DNA of 61,423 nucleotides from Kiritimatiellia bacterium (GTDB lineage Bacteria; Verrucomicrobiota; Kiritimatiellia; RFP12; UBA1067): NCBI GenBank assembly GCA_045641465.1, contig JAZUGW010000118.1, positions 1 to 61,423 of the forward strand, read 5' to 3'. Shown piece by piece: positions 61,071 to 61,423 of this stretch (position 1 is its first letter; each line of letters starts with the position of its first letter). The notes under the pieces were generated by a model. It saw only the letters and a program-made list of their open reading frames with translations, ran no database searches and was not told where the DNA came from. The position numbers and the translations under genes were made by a program.

Positions 61071-61423
61071 TCATGTCGCGGGCGCATGCTCGCGGCGGAA
61101 GGCGCCGGCGCGAGAGAGGAAGCGCAGATGGGAGAGGAACGGCGGAATCGTCGCCACGCAGGCGAGGACGTCGGAGACGGGCATGGCGATCCAGACGCCC
61201 GTCGCGGGGGCGAACCAGCCCGTCGCGCAACCCACATACGGCAGCAGCCAGATGCAGGGCAGCAGGCAGACGCACTGGCGCAACAACGAAAGGATGATGG
61301 CCGTGGCGGGGTGTCCCGTGGCCTGGAAGTACGTCGTCGCCACCACGTTAAGGCCAATGCACCAGAGCAGGCAGTTCGAGACGCGCAGATCACCCGCAGC
61401 GAGACGGATGAACGACGTGTCCG
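61071..61423 (-). CDS. C-terminal part of a MATE-family transporter; the gene continues past the window end
   Basis: The frame is open to the window edge (...FIRLAAGDLRVSNCLLWCIGLNVVATTYFQATGHPATAIILSLLRQ...GVWIAMPVSDV), which is typical of the last MATE TM helices. Confidence 0.78.
   Translation of the reverse strand, partial: DTSFIRLAAGDLRVSNCLLWCIGLNVVATTYFQATGHPATAIILSLLRQCVCLLPCIWLLPYVGCATGWFAPATGVWIAMPVSDVLACVATIPPFLSHLRFLSRAGAFRREHAPAT

Noticed and set aside
1-61423. Searched for defence or mobile-element hallmarks: integrase/recombinase, restriction-modification, toxin-antitoxin pairs, reverse transcriptase/DGR, and phage structural genes
   Set aside because: None of the supported ORFs shows motifs of these families. 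The only hint of mobility is the decayed transposase-like tail at 22186..22317.

Overview
61.4-kb, visibly GC-rich bacterial chromosomal window with about 40 supported protein-coding genes. All but hrpA lie on the minus strand, and many are joined by 1-4 nt stop/start overlaps (ATGA, TGATG, TAATG). I found no rRNA, tRNA, tmRNA, CRISPR array, integrase or intact IS. Housekeeping genes: smpB, rpoZ, hrpA, hisG, rpsP-rplS-trmD, obg, parC, gluQ, pflB, and an unlisted 29-aa bS22-like ribosomal protein. Secreted or glycan-active enzymes: a C10 peptidase, a GH78 rhamnosidase, GH-like proteins and an FGE-domain protein. Large surface proteins carry PATR autotransporter-type repeats, a PEP-CTERM tail or 163-aa tandem repeats. 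This gene content suggests a PVC-group organism (Kiritimatiellota/Lentisphaerota-like), but that is inference only. The best candidates for something undescribed are: (1) the 29.4-39.4 kb locus, where a Tat-signal Fe-S aldo/keto reductase is ATGA-coupled to a single 1427-codon ORF that fuses a NapH/NapG-like polyferredoxin to a lectin-like + CotH-kinase exoprotein. This is followed by a 1414-aa coiled-coil protein with an intact ABC1/UbiB-type kinase core, itself stop/start-overlapped with the GH78 gene. (2) A seven- or eight-gene all-secreted cluster of mostly unassignable proteins at 49.2-61.0 kb. (3) A family of degenerate heptanucleotide tandem arrays (STRR-like) in at least seven intergenic or intercistronic gaps. 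(4) An adenylate-forming ligase / truncated KamA-type aminomutase / membrane-protein operon. All functional calls come from motif recognition by eye. No database search was possible.
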